This document shows, in pieces, positions 62,739 through 64,000 of a DNA stretch of 64,000 bases. The notes under the pieces are model-generated. The model was not told the DNA's origin. It did not search any database and saw only the letters and a list, made by a program, of their open reading frames with translations. The DNA is from Setoptus koraiensis. Lineage: Eukaryota > Animalia > Arthropoda. Position 1 is the first letter of the stretch; every line of letters starts with the position of its first letter. The stretch is from positions 17,174,001 to 17,238,000 of the forward strand of contig CM106585.1 in the NCBI GenBank assembly GCA_048013815.1, written 5' to 3'. Position numbers and translations under genes: made by a program.

Positions 62739-64000
62739 GACAACAGCAGCAGCAACAACAACAGCGGCGGCAGCAACAACAACAACTACGCGCTGACCAC
62801 AACTCGACGGGTTTAGGTGACCGCCGGCGAGCTTTACCTGAGCGAGTTTTGAGCGGCGCCAGCCGAACCACTTCATCAGGGCGCCTAATTAGGCCTCATT
62901 AGCGGCGCGGGGTGTTGGGCCGGCGAATGTCATTAGGGTGTTTTGTTGTGTTTGTGTCATTAGAAGGAGATTATTTGCAGTCGACTCACCTGATGCCAGC
63001 GCGCTCCGGTTACCGCGGCCAACAAAAGCGCACTGTTACATGTAAATGAATGTGTACACAAATGTAAATTGTGCGGCCGCAAATTGAAATTGCGCCCCCT
63101 GTCTCGGGCCTGACACTGGCCGGCTCATTTGCAACTATCAAACTGACAATGAAACCGGCAAACTGGCGCCCCGATTGCGGTCATGTAATTACCTATTGTG
63201 CGCTGGCTCACTGGCCAGCGGCCTATATGGCGGCCTGATTGGCCGTTGCGGGCCGCCACTGGCCGCCACTGGCCAGCCCGCCGTCTGATCATCGGCCGTC
63301 TGATCATCGGCCGTCTGATGGCGGCGCGTCGGATCCGCGAGCCGCCGTCGGACGGCGCCCACTTATCATGCGGTTTGCGCGCGTTGCCGCTCGGGTCGCT
63401 CGCGCTGCTCGTGCTGCTCGGGTTGCTCGGGTTGCTCGGGTCGCTCGGGTCGCTCGGGCTGTCGGAACAACGGACAACAAACAAGAGAACGGAGGCCTAA
63501 TATTGCGCGAATTTTGATACTCTAATCAAGTTGTCCAATTTGACCCCGTGCGCCAGTGATTGGGCCCGTTGAGCCGCACAACAAAGCGACACCGAAATGT
63601 TGCAACAAAACAACGGGCCCCACAACAGCGACTTTTGTGCGCCACTGAGACACCAGTAACGACTTTTATTGGCCTCTAATAAATGGCTATAATTCGAGTG
63701 TCTCCCATCGGCCAACTAGATCATTCATTAGGCGCAACCCAAATTTGCTTTATTGACATGCACAAATCTGTTTTGCAAAAGTGGCCCAAAACGACCCATC
63801 GACCGGCCACCGCTGACCGGCCACCGCTGACCGGCCAACGGATAGAGTTAGTAGTCAGGCGGATAGAGTTGTAACTATGCGCGGCCAACAATTAGTTGCT
63901 GGTTGCCATTGGATTGGCTCTGCCAATGCATTGTCGCCCGATATTATTGGACATTATTTATGTCCATTGTATATATGTTTATTTCTGGCCACTCTCGTTT

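Noticed and set aside
10306-63171. Frequent TGGCGCC / GC-rich words as Brinker or Mad sites (spalt is a Dpp target in flies), and GGGGCCCC words
   Set aside because: GC palindromic words are globally abundant here and the eye count is only modestly above expectation; needs a background model.
7788-63874. Hundreds of short ORFs with poly-Cys/Leu/Thr/Gln/Val
   Set aside because: Direct translations of CAA/GTT/GT microsatellites in GC-rich DNA with few stop codons.
1-64000. Conserved miRNAs, tRNAs, rRNA, transposase or reverse-transcriptase ORFs
   Set aside because: None recognised by eye or in the ORF track; a negative by inspection is weak and needs cmscan/RepeatMasker.

Overview
Eukaryotic (metazoan, probably arthropod) genomic DNA with two sharply different compartments. 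(1) About 1-5.6 kb is a tightly packed, nearly intronless, repeat-free housekeeping cluster: APC5 (5'-truncated by the window edge), NDUFA2, eIF4A-III and an unrecognised signal-peptide protein ending in HTEL. The only intron I can find (eIF4A-III, 3734-3964) has consensus splice signals and contains a box C/D snoRNA with an 11-nt guide to the 18S rRNA site equivalent to human Gm644 (U54/SNORD54-like). (2) About 7-64 kb is a CpG/GpC-rich desert dense in microsatellites and minisatellites, holding one recognisable gene: a single-exon spalt/SALL zinc-finger gene (46139-48868). This spalt appears stripped down, with only two double-finger clusters, a C-x-C finger and no visible MSRRKQ motif. The desert carries recurrent candidate cis-regulatory words (CAGGTGAG, RTTAYGTAAY, GASTC-centred palindromes), several perfect hairpins and a 20-nt element shared on both sides of spalt. 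The intron-poor compact genes would fit a streamlined genome such as an eriophyoid mite, but that is inference only. I found no CRISPR array, transposase/RT ORF, tRNA or rRNA. All motif counts are by eye and homology calls are from remembered family motifs; no searches were run.
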